Assembly (NCBI GenBank): GCA_036555955.1
Contig: DATBKH010000170.1
Coordinates: forward strand, 1 to 54,924
Direction: 5' to 3'
Source of the DNA: Candidatus Limnocylindria bacterium
Lineage (GTDB): Bacteria; Chloroflexota; Limnocylindria; P2-11E
Length of the DNA stretch: 54,924 nt
Shown here: in pieces, positions 17,683-26,936 of the stretch
Numbering within the stretch: position 1 is the stretch's first letter
How the letters are laid out: each line of letters starts with the position of its first letter
The notes under the pieces: model-generated
Told to the model about the DNA's origin: nothing
Databases searched by the model: none
Seen by the model: only the letters and a program-made list of their open reading frames with translations
Program-made: the position numbers and the translations under genes

Positions 17683-20448
17683 GTGGATATCCATCAGCTT
17701 CGTTCGTGGATCTTCGAGCTGTTCGAGCCTCTCGAGAACGAGCGTCAGTACATCGTCTACGACGACGATCGCGGCAACCTCCTCATCGATGCGCCTCCGT
17801 TCAGCGAGCGCGCGCTTCGGCTCGTCCGTGGCGCCGGCGCGGCCTCCCTGCTCGTCGCGACGAACGCGGCGCGAGCGGCCGACGCGGCCAAGTACCGCGA
17901 GGCGCTGGGTCTTCAGGTCGCGGTCCACGCGGACGACGCGGAAGCCATACCCGGTGGCCCGGACCTGGTGTTGCGTGACGACGAGCTGGTGCGGCCCGAC
18001 GCGCGTGCGATCCGGGTGCGCTCGAACGGCCAGGGCGCGACGGTCGTGCTCCTCCGGAAGGCGGGCGGCGTCCTCGTCTGCGGCGACCTCGATCTCGCGA
18101 GCGACGCCGCGCGGTCACTCGTGCCCCTGAGCTTCTCCGCGGTCCTCTCGGCACGGCAGGCGCCGATGTGGAACGCCGGAAAGGACACCCTGCTCGCGCT
18201 GCAGGACGAGCTGCCGAAGCCGCGCAAGCAGTTCGGCATCCTCCTCCAGGCGCCGTGGGACCGCGAATACAAAGGACGGCTCGAGGACAAGCTCGTTCCT
18301 CACGATCCGATCGTTCCGCGCGAGGTCACGACGGCGCGCGAGGCCGCGATGGGGCCCGAGACGCTCGTCGTCGCATCCGCGGCGCGCGAGCTCGTCGAAC
18401 GACCGCGCCGTCCCGAGACCGCGCGGCCCGCGCCGGCCGAGCCCGCCCAGCCGGCGGCGGCGGCCCGCGAACGGGCGCCGGCCTCGGCGCAGCGTCCGCG
18501 CAGCTTCGCGGAGGATTGGAAGGCGCGCGGGACGGCGAGACCGCCGACGACGATCGCGAACCCGGAAGAGGACATCCAGCCGCGGGCGGCCGCACTTGCA
18601 CCGCGCTCGATCGGCGATCGCTATCGCAGGCTCGGCGTCGAAGAGCTCGCGGGTGTCCCGTACGTGGACTACGTGTGGGGCGGGATCGATCTGTCGCCGG
18701 ACGGCACCGAGGTCGCGCTGTCGTGGAACCGGTCGGGGACCTTCGAGGTGTACAGCGCGCCGCTCGACGGACAGCGCATCTTCCAGCTCACCGACGCGAA
18801 AGAGCGCTCGGTCTGGCCGCGCTGGTCGCCCGACGCGCGCCAGCTCGCGTTCCTGCGCGACAAGGGTGGCGACGAGCGATTCGACGTCTGGCTCGTCGAC
18901 CGCGACGGCGAGCACGAGCGCAATCTCACGAACGAGCCGGACGTGATGCATCGCGACATCGCGTGGTCGCCTGACGGCACGAAGCTCGCGTACACGGCGA
19001 ACGCCGCGGGCAAGGGTTTCGCCGTCCACGTGATCGATGTCGCGACGGGCGCGAAGACCGCGCTCACCGACGGCGCGCGCGACGATTACCAGCCACGCTG
19101 GTCGCCCGATGGTGACCGTCTCGTCTTCTGGTCGCGCCGTGACGCGAAGAGGACGAACGCCGATCTCTACGTGATCGGCGTCGCGGGCGGCGACGCGAAG
19201 CGTCTCGAGACGCGCGGCGGGGTCGACGGAGAGTCGAACGATCCGCGCTGGTCGCCCGACGGCGGGCGGATCTCGTTCACCACGGACACGCGCGGCCGTC
19301 AGGAGATCGCTCTCGTCACGTACGCGGACGCCGAAGTGGGCCGCGTCGAGCGGATGACCGAAAGCATCCACGACGAGTACGGCGCGGTGTGGCGTCCCGA
19401 TGGTCGGGCGCTTGCCTACCTCCACAACGAGGACGCCGCCGTCTCGCTGCGCCGCGTCTTCGCCGTTTCGCACGCCGACCACGCCGTCGCCGACCTCCCG
19501 GGGATGCATTCGTCTCCGGACATCGGTCCGGACAGCGATACGACCGCCTTCCTGTTCTCGAGCCCGACGCGGCCCTGGGACGTGTTCGTCACGCGCGAAC
19601 GCGCGACCGAGGCGCGAGCGATCACCCGATCGCTGCCGGCGTCGATCGATCCGGCGCTCCTCGTCGAGCCCGCGCATATCCGCTATCCCGGCGCCGACGG
19701 CGAAGATGTCCCGGCGCTCCTGTTCGTTCCGTACGCCGAAGCGCTCCGCGGAGAGACCTCGCCGCCGGCGATCATCAACATCCACGGCGGGCCGACCGCC
19801 CAGCATCATCGTGAGTGGAACGTCGCCACGCAGGTCTTCGTGAACGCCGGCTTCGTCGTGCTCGCCCCGAACCCGCGCGGATCGACGGGCTACGGCAAGA
19901 AGTGGCGCGAGGCGAACCGGCGCGACTGGGGCGGGAAGGACCTCGAGGACGTCGCGCGCGGCGCGCAGTGGCTCGGTGAGCAGAAGGTCGCCGACGCCGC
20001 GCGCATCGGCGTGTACGGCGGAAGCTACGGCGGCTACCTCACGCTCATGTCTCTCGCGATGCGACCGGACCGCTTCGCCGCCGGCGTTTCCGTCGTGGGG
20101 GTCGTGTCCTGGAAGACCATGGCCGAGACGACGCGCGGGGATCTCCGCGAGTACCTGCTCCGCGAGCTCGGCGATCCGACCGCCGACGCGGAGCTCTATC
20201 GCGAGCGCTCGCCCCTGACGCACGCGTCGAAGATCCGCGCTCCGCTCTTGATCTTGCAGGGCGAGAACGACCCACGCGTCCCGCGCAGCGAGGCCGAGCA
20301 GGTGGTGAAGGCGCTCCGTGACGGGAAGAAGACCCACGAGTACCACGTGTATCCGCGCGAGGGTCACGGTTTCCGTGTGACGGAGAACCGCATCGATTCG
20401 CTGCGCCGCGCGCTCGACTGGTTCGAACGGCACCTGCGTCGAGCTTGA
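17683..20448 (+). CDS. Multidomain S9 prolyl-oligopeptidase-family serine peptidase: degenerate MBL-like N-domain + Pro/Ala linker + PD40 propeller + S9 catalytic domain
   Basis: S9 motifs GVYGGSYGGYLT, LILQGENDPRVP and EGHGF. PD40-type WSPDG repeats in the middle. The N-terminal ~200 aa is MBL-fold-like but has ATNAARAAD where HxHxDH would be. Confidence 0.85.
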   Translation: MDIHQLRSWIFELFEPLENERQYIVYDDDRGNLLIDAPPFSERALRLVRGAGAASLLVATNAARAADAAKYREALGLQVAVHADDAEAIPGGPDLVLRDDELVRPDARAIRVRSNGQGATVVLLRKAGGVLVCGDLDLASDAARSLVPLSFSAVLSARQAPMWNAGKDTLLALQDELPKPRKQFGILLQAPWDREYKGRLEDKLVPHDPIVPREVTTAREAAMGPETLVVASAARELVERPRRPETARPAPAEPAQPAAAARERAPASAQRPRSFAEDWKARGTARPPTTIANPEEDIQPRAAALAPRSIGDRYRRLGVEELAGVPYVDYVWGGIDLSPDGTEVALSWNRSGTFEVYSAPLDGQRIFQLTDAKERSVWPRWSPDARQLAFLRDKGGDERFDVWLVDRDGEHERNLTNEPDVMHRDIAWSPDGTKLAYTANAAGKGFAVHVIDVATGAKTALTDGARDDYQPRWSPDGDRLVFWSRRDAKRTNADLYVIGVAGGDAKRLETRGGVDGESNDPRWSPDGGRISFTTDTRGRQEIALVTYADAEVGRVERMTESIHDEYGAVWRPDGRALAYLHNEDAAVSLRRVFAVSHADHAVADLPGMHSSPDIGPDSDTTAFLFSSPTRPWDVFVTRERATEARAITRSLPASIDPALLVEPAHIRYPGADGEDVPALLFVPYAEALRGETSPPAIINIHGGPTAQHHREWNVATQVFVNAGFVVLAPNPRGSTGYGKKWREANRRDWGGKDLEDVARGAQWLGEQKVADAARIGVYGGSYGGYLTLMSLAMRPDRFAAGVSVVGVVSWKTMAETTRGDLREYLLRELGDPTADAELYRERSPLTHASKIRAPLLILQGENDPRVPRSEAEQVVKALRDGKKTHEYHVYPREGHGFRVTENRIDSLRRALDWFERHLRRA

Positions 20449-21869
20449 GCGCGGACGCGGTCGTCGTCGGCTCGGGTCCGAACGGACTCGCCGCGGCGAT
20501 CGAGATCGCGCGCAACGGCCGCTCGGTCGCCGTCTACGAAGCGAACGCCACGATCGGCGGAGGCTGCCGCTCCGCGGAGCTCACGCTTCCCGGGTTCGTC
20601 CACGACCTCTGCTCGGCCTTCCATCCGCTCGCCGCGGCCTCGCCCTACCTGAGCTCGCTCGAGCTGGAGCGCGACGGCCTGGAATGGATCGAGCCTCCCG
20701 CCGCGCTCGCGCATCCGCTCGACGACGGGACCGCGGTCGTCCTCGAGCGTTCGCTCGGCGCGACGGCAGAGAGCCTCGGCGAGGACGCGCGCGCGTACCG
20801 TCGTCTCGTCGCTCCGCTCGTCGCGGAGTGGACCGACCTCGCCTCCGACGCCCTCGGCCCGCTCGTGCGCATCCCGCGCCACCCGCTCGTGCTCGCGCGC
20901 CTCGGTCTGCCGGGGATCCTGCCGGCGCGGGTGCTCGCACGGCTCGCGTTCCGGGGCGAGCGTGCCCGCGCGCTCTTCGCCGGGCTGGCCGCGCACTCGG
21001 TCATGCCGCTCGACGCGCCGCTCACCGGGTCGTTCGCGCTGCTCTTCGCGGTGGTCACGCACATCGTCGGATGGCCCGTGGCGCGCGGCGGATCGCAGCG
21101 CATCGTCGACGCGCTCGCGACCCGGCTACGTTCGCTCGGCGGGACGATCGAGACCGGACGACGCGTCGGGGCGCTCGACGAGGTCGGTCCGGCGCGCGCG
21201 TACCTCTGTGACGTGACGCCGCGGCAGCTCGACGACATCGCCGGCGCGCGGCTGTCGGACGGCTATCGCCGCCGGCTGCGCTCGTTTCGCTACGGGCCCG
21301 GCGTGTTCAAGCTCGATTACGCGATCGACGGGCCGATCCCCTGGCGCGCGAGGGAGTGTCTGCGTGCGGGAACGGTCCACCTCGGCGGGACGATGGACGA
21401 GGTGGCCGCGAGCGAAGCGAGCGTCGCGCGCGGAACGCCGGCCGAGAGGCCCTTCGTGCTCGTCGGTCAGCAGAGCCTGTTCGACCCGTCACGCGCGCCG
21501 GCGGGCAAGAACACGGTCTGGGCGTACTGCCACGTACCGAACGCGTCCACGTTCGACATGACGGAGCGCATCGAGGCGCAGATCGAGCGGTTCGCGCCGG
21601 GGTTCCGCGAGCGGGTCCTCGCGCGATCGGTCATGGGACCCGCCGAGGTCGCGTCGCACAACGAGAATTACATCGGCGGCGACATCGGCGGAGGCGCCAA
21701 CACGCTCTTCCAGTTCATGACGCGCCCCTTCTTCCGGCTCGACCCGTACGCGACCTCGGCGCGCGATATCTACCTCTGCTCCGCATCGACACCGCCCGGC
21801 GGCGGCGTGCACGGCATGTGCGGATACCACGCCGCTCGCAGCGCGCTGCGCGGAGCGCTGCGGGACTAG
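20445..21869 (+). CDS. Phytoene-desaturase (CrtI)-family NAD(P)/FAD-dependent oxidoreductase
   Basis: The TTG start overlaps the upstream TGA by 4 nt. Dinucleotide-binding VVVGSGPNGLAAAIEIARNGRSVAVYEANATIGGG. The C-terminal GGGVHGMCGY is typical of the family. Confidence 0.85.
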   Translation: MSADAVVVGSGPNGLAAAIEIARNGRSVAVYEANATIGGGCRSAELTLPGFVHDLCSAFHPLAAASPYLSSLELERDGLEWIEPPAALAHPLDDGTAVVLERSLGATAESLGEDARAYRRLVAPLVAEWTDLASDALGPLVRIPRHPLVLARLGLPGILPARVLARLAFRGERARALFAGLAAHSVMPLDAPLTGSFALLFAVVTHIVGWPVARGGSQRIVDALATRLRSLGGTIETGRRVGALDEVGPARAYLCDVTPRQLDDIAGARLSDGYRRRLRSFRYGPGVFKLDYAIDGPIPWRARECLRAGTVHLGGTMDEVAASEASVARGTPAERPFVLVGQQSLFDPSRAPAGKNTVWAYCHVPNASTFDMTERIEAQIERFAPGFRERVLARSVMGPAEVASHNENYIGGDIGGGANTLFQFMTRPFFRLDPYATSARDIYLCSASTPPGGGVHGMCGYHAARSALRGALRD

Positions 21870-22042
21870 CCGGATCGCGCCGCGGGTGGCACGGGCGATC
21901 GGGTCGCGTACGAGCCGCGGGTGCCCCGGGGACCCGCCTGCGGGCGGAGCGAAGCGACGGCCGCGTGGTGGGGAGGGTGCGGCGAGGGCGCGTGCCCGAT
22001 CGCCCGGGACAGGACCCGCGGTGGGGGCCCGCGCAAGGTCAG

Positions 22043-25000
22043 CTAGGTCGGAACGGCGACCTGCTCGACGGCGTTCCGTAGCGCGACCGCCCCGAGGCGG
22101 TCGGCGATCGCGCGCGCCTCGTCGCACTCCGGCTGATGGTCCTCGCGGCCCAGCGCGGCCAGAACGCGCGCGTGATCGGCGAGCGCGACGGCGCGCTCGT
22201 AATCCAGGCGCAGCGTGGCGAACGCCTGGACCGCGTCGAAGATGAGCTTCTCGGCCTTCGCGAGCTCGCCGCGCTCCATCGCGCGAACGCCCTCGGCTTG
22301 CGTGAGCAGTGCGCGGCCGCGCGCGTGCCCGGTCTTCTCGACGACCGCTTCGATGCGCTCGACGAACGGGTGGTCGTCGACCCGCCAGCGGGCGGCGGCG
22401 AGCACCGCGAGCGGGCCGATGAGGGCGAGATCGACGATGCCCTTCGGATAGCCCGCGCTGCGGATCGCGTGGTAGCTCGACTCGCTCTCGCGGAGCCCGT
22501 AGACCGCGGTGAGAAAGTCGCACGCCGCCAGCTCCACCGGCGTCGCCTCGGCCTCGACGAGCTGATCGCGGTACGACTTCTCCTCCGGCGAGTTCACCGC
22601 CGCCGCGGCCGCGCTCGCCACGACGAGCGTCATCTGCCAGCGCGTGCTCGCGCGGAGGCTGTCGCGCCGGGCGGCCGTCCCGAGCGCGCCCATGAAGTCG
22701 CCGGAGAGCAGATGCGCGAGCGCCTCCGTGTGCAGCGCGTGCCAGCCGAGCCGCGGCTTCTCGGTCTCGAGCGCGAGCGCCCGGGCCGTCGAAGCGTGCT
22801 CGATCGCCTCGGCGAAGTTGCCCAGCACGAGCGCGGAGAGCGCGACCATGGTGTGGGCGTCGATGAGCTCGTCGCTGTCCTGCAGCGATTGCGCGATCGG
22901 CAGGCGCCGCATGTTCTGCGCGAGGGCCTCGCGGAAGTTGCCGAGCTCGCGGTACGCGTATCCGACCGCGTCGAGGCAGAGCGAGACCTCGCGGAGCGTG
23001 CCGAGATTCTCGGCGATCCCGAGTGCCTCCTTCGCCGTCTCCAGCGAGGCCTTCCAGTCTTCATCGGTCGACTTCGCGCCGCGGCGGGACATGAACGACT
23101 TCGCCGCGAGCAACAGGACCTTCTCGCGGTTCTGCTTGCCGTCGACGATCGCGAGGCCGCGCGCGATGAGACCCTCGAGATCGGGATGCTTCGCATCCCA
23201 GCGCGTGCAGAGCTCGGCCATGTGAGCGATGACCGTCGCGACGGCGTCGCTCTTCGGGTCGCGCGTCTCGAGCATCGACAGCGCGCGCTCGTATGCGCTC
23301 AGGGCCGCGTCGTTCTCGCCGCGGTAGCGCCGCACCCGCGCGATCAGGTACAGCGCCTTCACCGCTTCGTCGGTGCGCTCGAGCTTTTCGAAGAGCTCGA
23401 GCGCCTGTTCCGCCAGACGCACCGCCTCGAGATGCGCGTGGATCGCCGTCGCGCGCTCCGCGGCCTTCCACGAGTACTCCGCCGCCTTGTCGGGGACGTC
23501 GCCGAGCAGGTAGTGGTGCGCGAGGGCGGGGTAGAAGTCCTTCAGGCTCTCGCCCAGGGTGCTCTCGTACGCGGCCGCGACCCGCCGGTGGAGCTCGACG
23601 CGTCGCCTGACGAGAAGCGTGTTGTAGGCGACCTCTTGGACCACGGCGTGCTTGAAGCGATAGCGGCCCTCGCGCCGCTCGCCGGGCGCGGCCTCCAGCA
23701 CGAGGTCGGCGGCGATGAGCTCGTCGACCGAATCGGCGAGGCGCTGCCCGCCGGCTTCGCGCAGCACGCGGTCGCCGAAGCGCTGGCCGATCACCGACGC
23801 GACCTGGATCGTCTCCTTGGCCGTCGGCGGCAGCCGGTCGATGCGCGCCGCGACGACACCGTGCAGCGTCGCCGGCACCTCGAGGGCCGCGGGCCGCTCG
23901 CGCAGCTGCCATTCGCCCTTGTCGTCCTTGGCCACCGCGCCGGACTCCACGAGGGAGCGGATGGACTCCTCGATGAAGAAGGGGTTCCCGCCGGCGCGCG
24001 CGACGATCTTGTCGCGCAGCTCGTCCGGGATCCAATCGAAGGTCGCGTCGATGATCCGCGCGGCCTCCTCGTCGGAGAGCGGCTCCAACACGAGCTGGCT
24101 GAAGTTCGTCCGGACCGGGCGCGGCTCCGGCGAGCCGGGGCCGGCGCGCTGCGCGAGCAGGAGAAGGATCGGCACGCGCGACGCGCGCGACGCCACGAAC
24201 CAGAGCAGCTCGAGGGAGGCCGAATCGGCGAAGTGAAGGTCCTCGAGCACGTACAGGAGCGGGCGCTCGCGCGCGAGCGACGCGATCACGTCGTACACGA
24301 CGATGAACATGGAGCGCTTCCACTCCTCCGAGTCGCTCGGCGGCTCCGTCGCGCCGGAGATGTGGAAGAACTGCGCGAGGGTCGGCGACACGAGCTCCGG
24401 ATTGGCGAAGTTCAGCTCGCGAAGCTTCGTCGTGATCTTCGCGGCTGCCTCCGGGTCGTTCGGGTCGACGCGGAGCTCGACCAGGAGCGGCTCGATGAAG
24501 CCGGCGTAGCTCCGCTGGTTCACGCGCGAGAAAGTCCAGCGCAGCACGCGCGGCGCGTCGCTGCGGACGCCGTCCTCCGCCGACGTCGCGAGACCGATGA
24601 ACTCGCTGAGCAGCCGGCTCTTCCCGATGCCGGGCTCGCCCGCGATCAGCACCACCTCGGTCCGGCCGACGCGCGCCGACTGGAACGCGAGGTCGAGGCG
24701 GGAGAGCTCCATCCAACGACCGACGAGGGGCGCTTGGATGTCGATCGACGTCCGCGGCGTCGTGCGCTCGCCCGTCAAGGCGTAGGCGAGGATCGGCCGG
24801 TCCTTGCCCTTCATGTCGATCGGACCGACCTCGCGGAAGCTGAACTCGCGGTTCGTGAGCCGGAACGTGGCCTGCGTGACGTACGTCTCGGCGGGCGCCG
24901 CCGCCTGCTGGAGCCGCGCGGCGGTGTTGACCGTGTCGCCCATGACGCCGTACTCGGCCGGAGCGCGGACCGCGCCGGCGACCACCATCCCGGTGTGCAC

Positions 25001-25429
25001 GCCGATCCGCAGCCCGAGCTCGATGCCGAGCTGCGCCTTCACCCGCGCCGAGTGCTCGGCGAAGATCTTCTGCATGCCGAGCGCGCAGCGGAGCGCGCGC
25101 TGCGGGTCGTCCTCGTGCGCGATCGGCGCGCCGAATATCACGAAGATCGCGTCTCCGATGAACTTCTCGATGGTCCCGTCGTAGCGGAGCGCCTCTTCGG
25201 CGAGGTCCTCGAAGATGCCCGAAACGAGCATCTGCAGCTCCTCCGGGTCGAGGTCGTCGGCGAGCGAGGTGAAGCCCACAAAGTCGGCGAAGAGCACCGT
25301 CACCAGGCGGCGCTCCTGCTGCGCGCTCTGCGTGCCTACGGATGGGACCAGGGCCGGCACTCCCTTCGGGTCACTCCTGAAGTATCGGGGGCGCTCCACC
25401 TGCCTCGGCCCGAACGTCGCCAAGGCCAC
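22043..25429 (-). CDS. Class III adenylate(guanylate) cyclase / P-loop STAND ATPase / TPR protein (paralog 2)
   Basis: Cyclase motifs VLFADFVGFT, EKFIGDAIFVIFGAP and GDTVNTAAR. Walker A GEPGIGKS. Long TPR-like C-terminus. The GTG start at 25429 is uncertain by a few codons. Confidence 0.9.
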   Translation of the reverse strand: MALATFGPRQVERPRYFRSDPKGVPALVPSVGTQSAQQERRLVTVLFADFVGFTSLADDLDPEELQMLVSGIFEDLAEEALRYDGTIEKFIGDAIFVIFGAPIAHEDDPQRALRCALGMQKIFAEHSARVKAQLGIELGLRIGVHTGMVVAGAVRAPAEYGVMGDTVNTAARLQQAAAPAETYVTQATFRLTNREFSFREVGPIDMKGKDRPILAYALTGERTTPRTSIDIQAPLVGRWMELSRLDLAFQSARVGRTEVVLIAGEPGIGKSRLLSEFIGLATSAEDGVRSDAPRVLRWTFSRVNQRSYAGFIEPLLVELRVDPNDPEAAAKITTKLRELNFANPELVSPTLAQFFHISGATEPPSDSEEWKRSMFIVVYDVIASLARERPLLYVLEDLHFADSASLELLWFVASRASRVPILLLLAQRAGPGSPEPRPVRTNFSQLVLEPLSDEEAARIIDATFDWIPDELRDKIVARAGGNPFFIEESIRSLVESGAVAKDDKGEWQLRERPAALEVPATLHGVVAARIDRLPPTAKETIQVASVIGQRFGDRVLREAGGQRLADSVDELIAADLVLEAAPGERREGRYRFKHAVVQEVAYNTLLVRRRVELHRRVAAAYESTLGESLKDFYPALAHHYLLGDVPDKAAEYSWKAAERATAIHAHLEAVRLAEQALELFEKLERTDEAVKALYLIARVRRYRGENDAALSAYERALSMLETRDPKSDAVATVIAHMAELCTRWDAKHPDLEGLIARGLAIVDGKQNREKVLLLAAKSFMSRRGAKSTDEDWKASLETAKEALGIAENLGTLREVSLCLDAVGYAYRELGNFREALAQNMRRLPIAQSLQDSDELIDAHTMVALSALVLGNFAEAIEHASTARALALETEKPRLGWHALHTEALAHLLSGDFMGALGTAARRDSLRASTRWQMTLVVASAAAAAVNSPEEKSYRDQLVEAEATPVELAACDFLTAVYGLRESESSYHAIRSAGYPKGIVDLALIGPLAVLAAARWRVDDHPFVERIEAVVEKTGHARGRALLTQAEGVRAMERGELAKAEKLIFDAVQAFATLRLDYERAVALADHARVLAALGREDHQPECDEARAIADRLGAVALRNAVEQVAVPT

Positions 25430-25540
25430 AGACAGACGCCAGAAGCGTACGTCCCGGCCGAAATCACGAAGGGACCCTGGCCTTCCCGAGAATGAGTGCG
25501 TGATGAACGCGGGCCCCCTCGCAGAGCCCAGGGTGAGGTG

Positions 25541-26440
25541 ATGGCGACGCGAGTGGGCGTGATCCTGTTCGACCTCGACAACACGCTGCTCCTCGAGGAC
25601 GAGTCCACGACACGGGCACTCGAGCGGACGTGCGCGGCGATCGCTCCCCAGGTCGGCGCGGCGCCCGCCGCGCTGGCCGCGGCGGCGCGGGCCGCGGCGG
25701 AGGAGCTCTTTCGCGGATCGCCGGTCTACACGTACGCCGACGCGATGGGCATCTGGTGGGGCGAGGCGCTCTGGGGCGATTTCGCGGGGGAGTCAGAGGG
25801 TCTTCGTGCGATGCGCGCGTTCGTGCCCGGGTTCCGCCAGCGCGTGTGGGAGCGAGCGACCGGCGCCTCGGGGACGGCCGAGCCCACGCTTATCGAGGCA
25901 GCCATCGAAGCGTTTCGCTCGGCCCGCCTCGCCACGCAGCTCGTCGACCCCGACGCGGAGACGGTCGTGGTCGATCTCGCTCGGGACCATCGGCTTGTCC
26001 TCGTGACCAACGGCGCACCGGACGTCCAGCGTGCGAAGCTCGCACGCACGTCACTGGCGCCGCACTTCGCCGCGACGGTCATCTCGGCCGAGATCGAGAT
26101 CGGCAAGCCGGATCCGCGCATCTTCGAACGCGCCCTCGCAGCGGTGGGTGCCGAGGCGGACGAAGCCGTCATGGTCGGCGACAGCCTCGCGCGCGACGTC
26201 GCGGGCGCGCAGGCGGCCGGAGTCCGCGCGATCTGGTTCGATCGAGGCGCCGCGCGGGTGGAGCCCGTAGCGCCGGTGCCCGACGCGCGGATCACCAGCC
26301 TCAGGGAGGTCCGGCCTGCTCTCTCCGCGCTGGCGCCTGCCGGCGCTTCTCCTCGAGGCTCGCCCGGACCTCGTCCGGCTGGAGCTCGAGATGCGTCGCC
26401 AGGACGAGCATCACGTACAGGAGATCCGTCAGCTCGCTGA
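25541..26440 (+). CDS. HAD-superfamily hydrolase
   Basis: ATG 25541 follows GGTGAGGTG. Motif I ILFDLDNTLL and motif IV MVGDSLARDV. The first in-frame stop is at 26438-26440, so the 3' tail overlaps hisIE by 140 nt. Confidence 0.8.
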   Translation: MATRVGVILFDLDNTLLLEDESTTRALERTCAAIAPQVGAAPAALAAAARAAAEELFRGSPVYTYADAMGIWWGEALWGDFAGESEGLRAMRAFVPGFRQRVWERATGASGTAEPTLIEAAIEAFRSARLATQLVDPDAETVVVDLARDHRLVLVTNGAPDVQRAKLARTSLAPHFAATVISAEIEIGKPDPRIFERALAAVGAEADEAVMVGDSLARDVAGAQAAGVRAIWFDRGAARVEPVAPVPDARITSLREVRPALSALAPAGASPRGSPGPRPAGARDASPGRASRTGDPSAR

Positions 26441-26936
26441 TCGCGCGCTCGCGGCTCTCCTCACGCAGCGCGATGGCGGTTTCGCCCGCCTCCTCGAGCA
26501 GCTTCGCGGCGATCGCCGGCGCGCCGCCCGCGAAGAGTCGCGCCGAGAACGAGCCCGCGGGCAGGTCGCGCCGCCGCTGCCGGAGAAGCGCCGCGAGCTC
26601 GGTGAGGAAGCGCGCGAGCGAGGCAGCGTTCTCGGGCCCGAAGCAGGTCGCGCTCCCGGTATGGCACGCCGGCCCGGCGGGGTGCGCCGCGACGAGCAAC
26701 GCGTCGCCGTCGCAGTCGGTCCGCATGTCGACGAGCCGCAGGACGTTGCCGCTCGTCTCCCCCTTTCTCCAGAGCCGTCCACGGGAGCGGCTGTGGAAGT
26801 GGACCTCGCGGGTGCGCAGGGTCGCGTCGATCGCCTCGCGATCCATGTAGGCGAGCATCAGCACCGCTCCGGTCGCGGCATCCTGGACGACGGCGGGGAC
26901 GAGGCCGCGTTCGTCGAACCGCACCCGGTCGATCAC
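26301..26936 (-). CDS. hisIE: Bifunctional phosphoribosyl-AMP cyclohydrolase / phosphoribosyl-ATP pyrophosphatase
   Basis: HisI part LVPAVVQD...MLAYMDREA...SRSRGRLWRKGETSGN...DCDGDALL. HisE part ...LLEEAGE...ELTDLLYV. The GTG start overlaps the hisF stop (GTGA). Confidence 0.9.
   Translation of the reverse strand: MIDRVRFDERGLVPAVVQDAATGAVLMLAYMDREAIDATLRTREVHFHSRSRGRLWRKGETSGNVLRLVDMRTDCDGDALLVAAHPAGPACHTGSATCFGPENAASLARFLTELAALLRQRRRDLPAGSFSARLFAGGAPAIAAKLLEEAGETAIALREESRERAISELTDLLYVMLVLATHLELQPDEVRASLEEKRRQAPARREQAGPP

Noticed and set aside
21892-22006. Long-range inverted repeat CGGGCGATCGGG (21892-21903) / CCCGATCGCCCG (21995-22006) in the 173-nt convergent intergenic region.
   Set aside because: It is a 12-bp GC-rich match with a ~90-nt loop and no U-tract. 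It could be a structured 3' UTR but is within what chance allows in a high-GC spacer.
22136-25495. Very long ORFs antisense to, or out of frame with, real genes. Examples: 22136-25495 (+, 1119 aa), 18115-20433 (-), 38975-40924 (+), 10913-13093 (-), 33274-35310 (-), 33366-35345 (+), 49322-50788 (-), 46863-48416 (-), 52817-54088 (-).
   Set aside because: Their translations are Arg/Gly/Ala/Pro/Asp-rich low-complexity strings with no recognisable motifs. They mirror genes that do carry clear family motifs. Stop-codon scarcity in high-GC DNA explains them.
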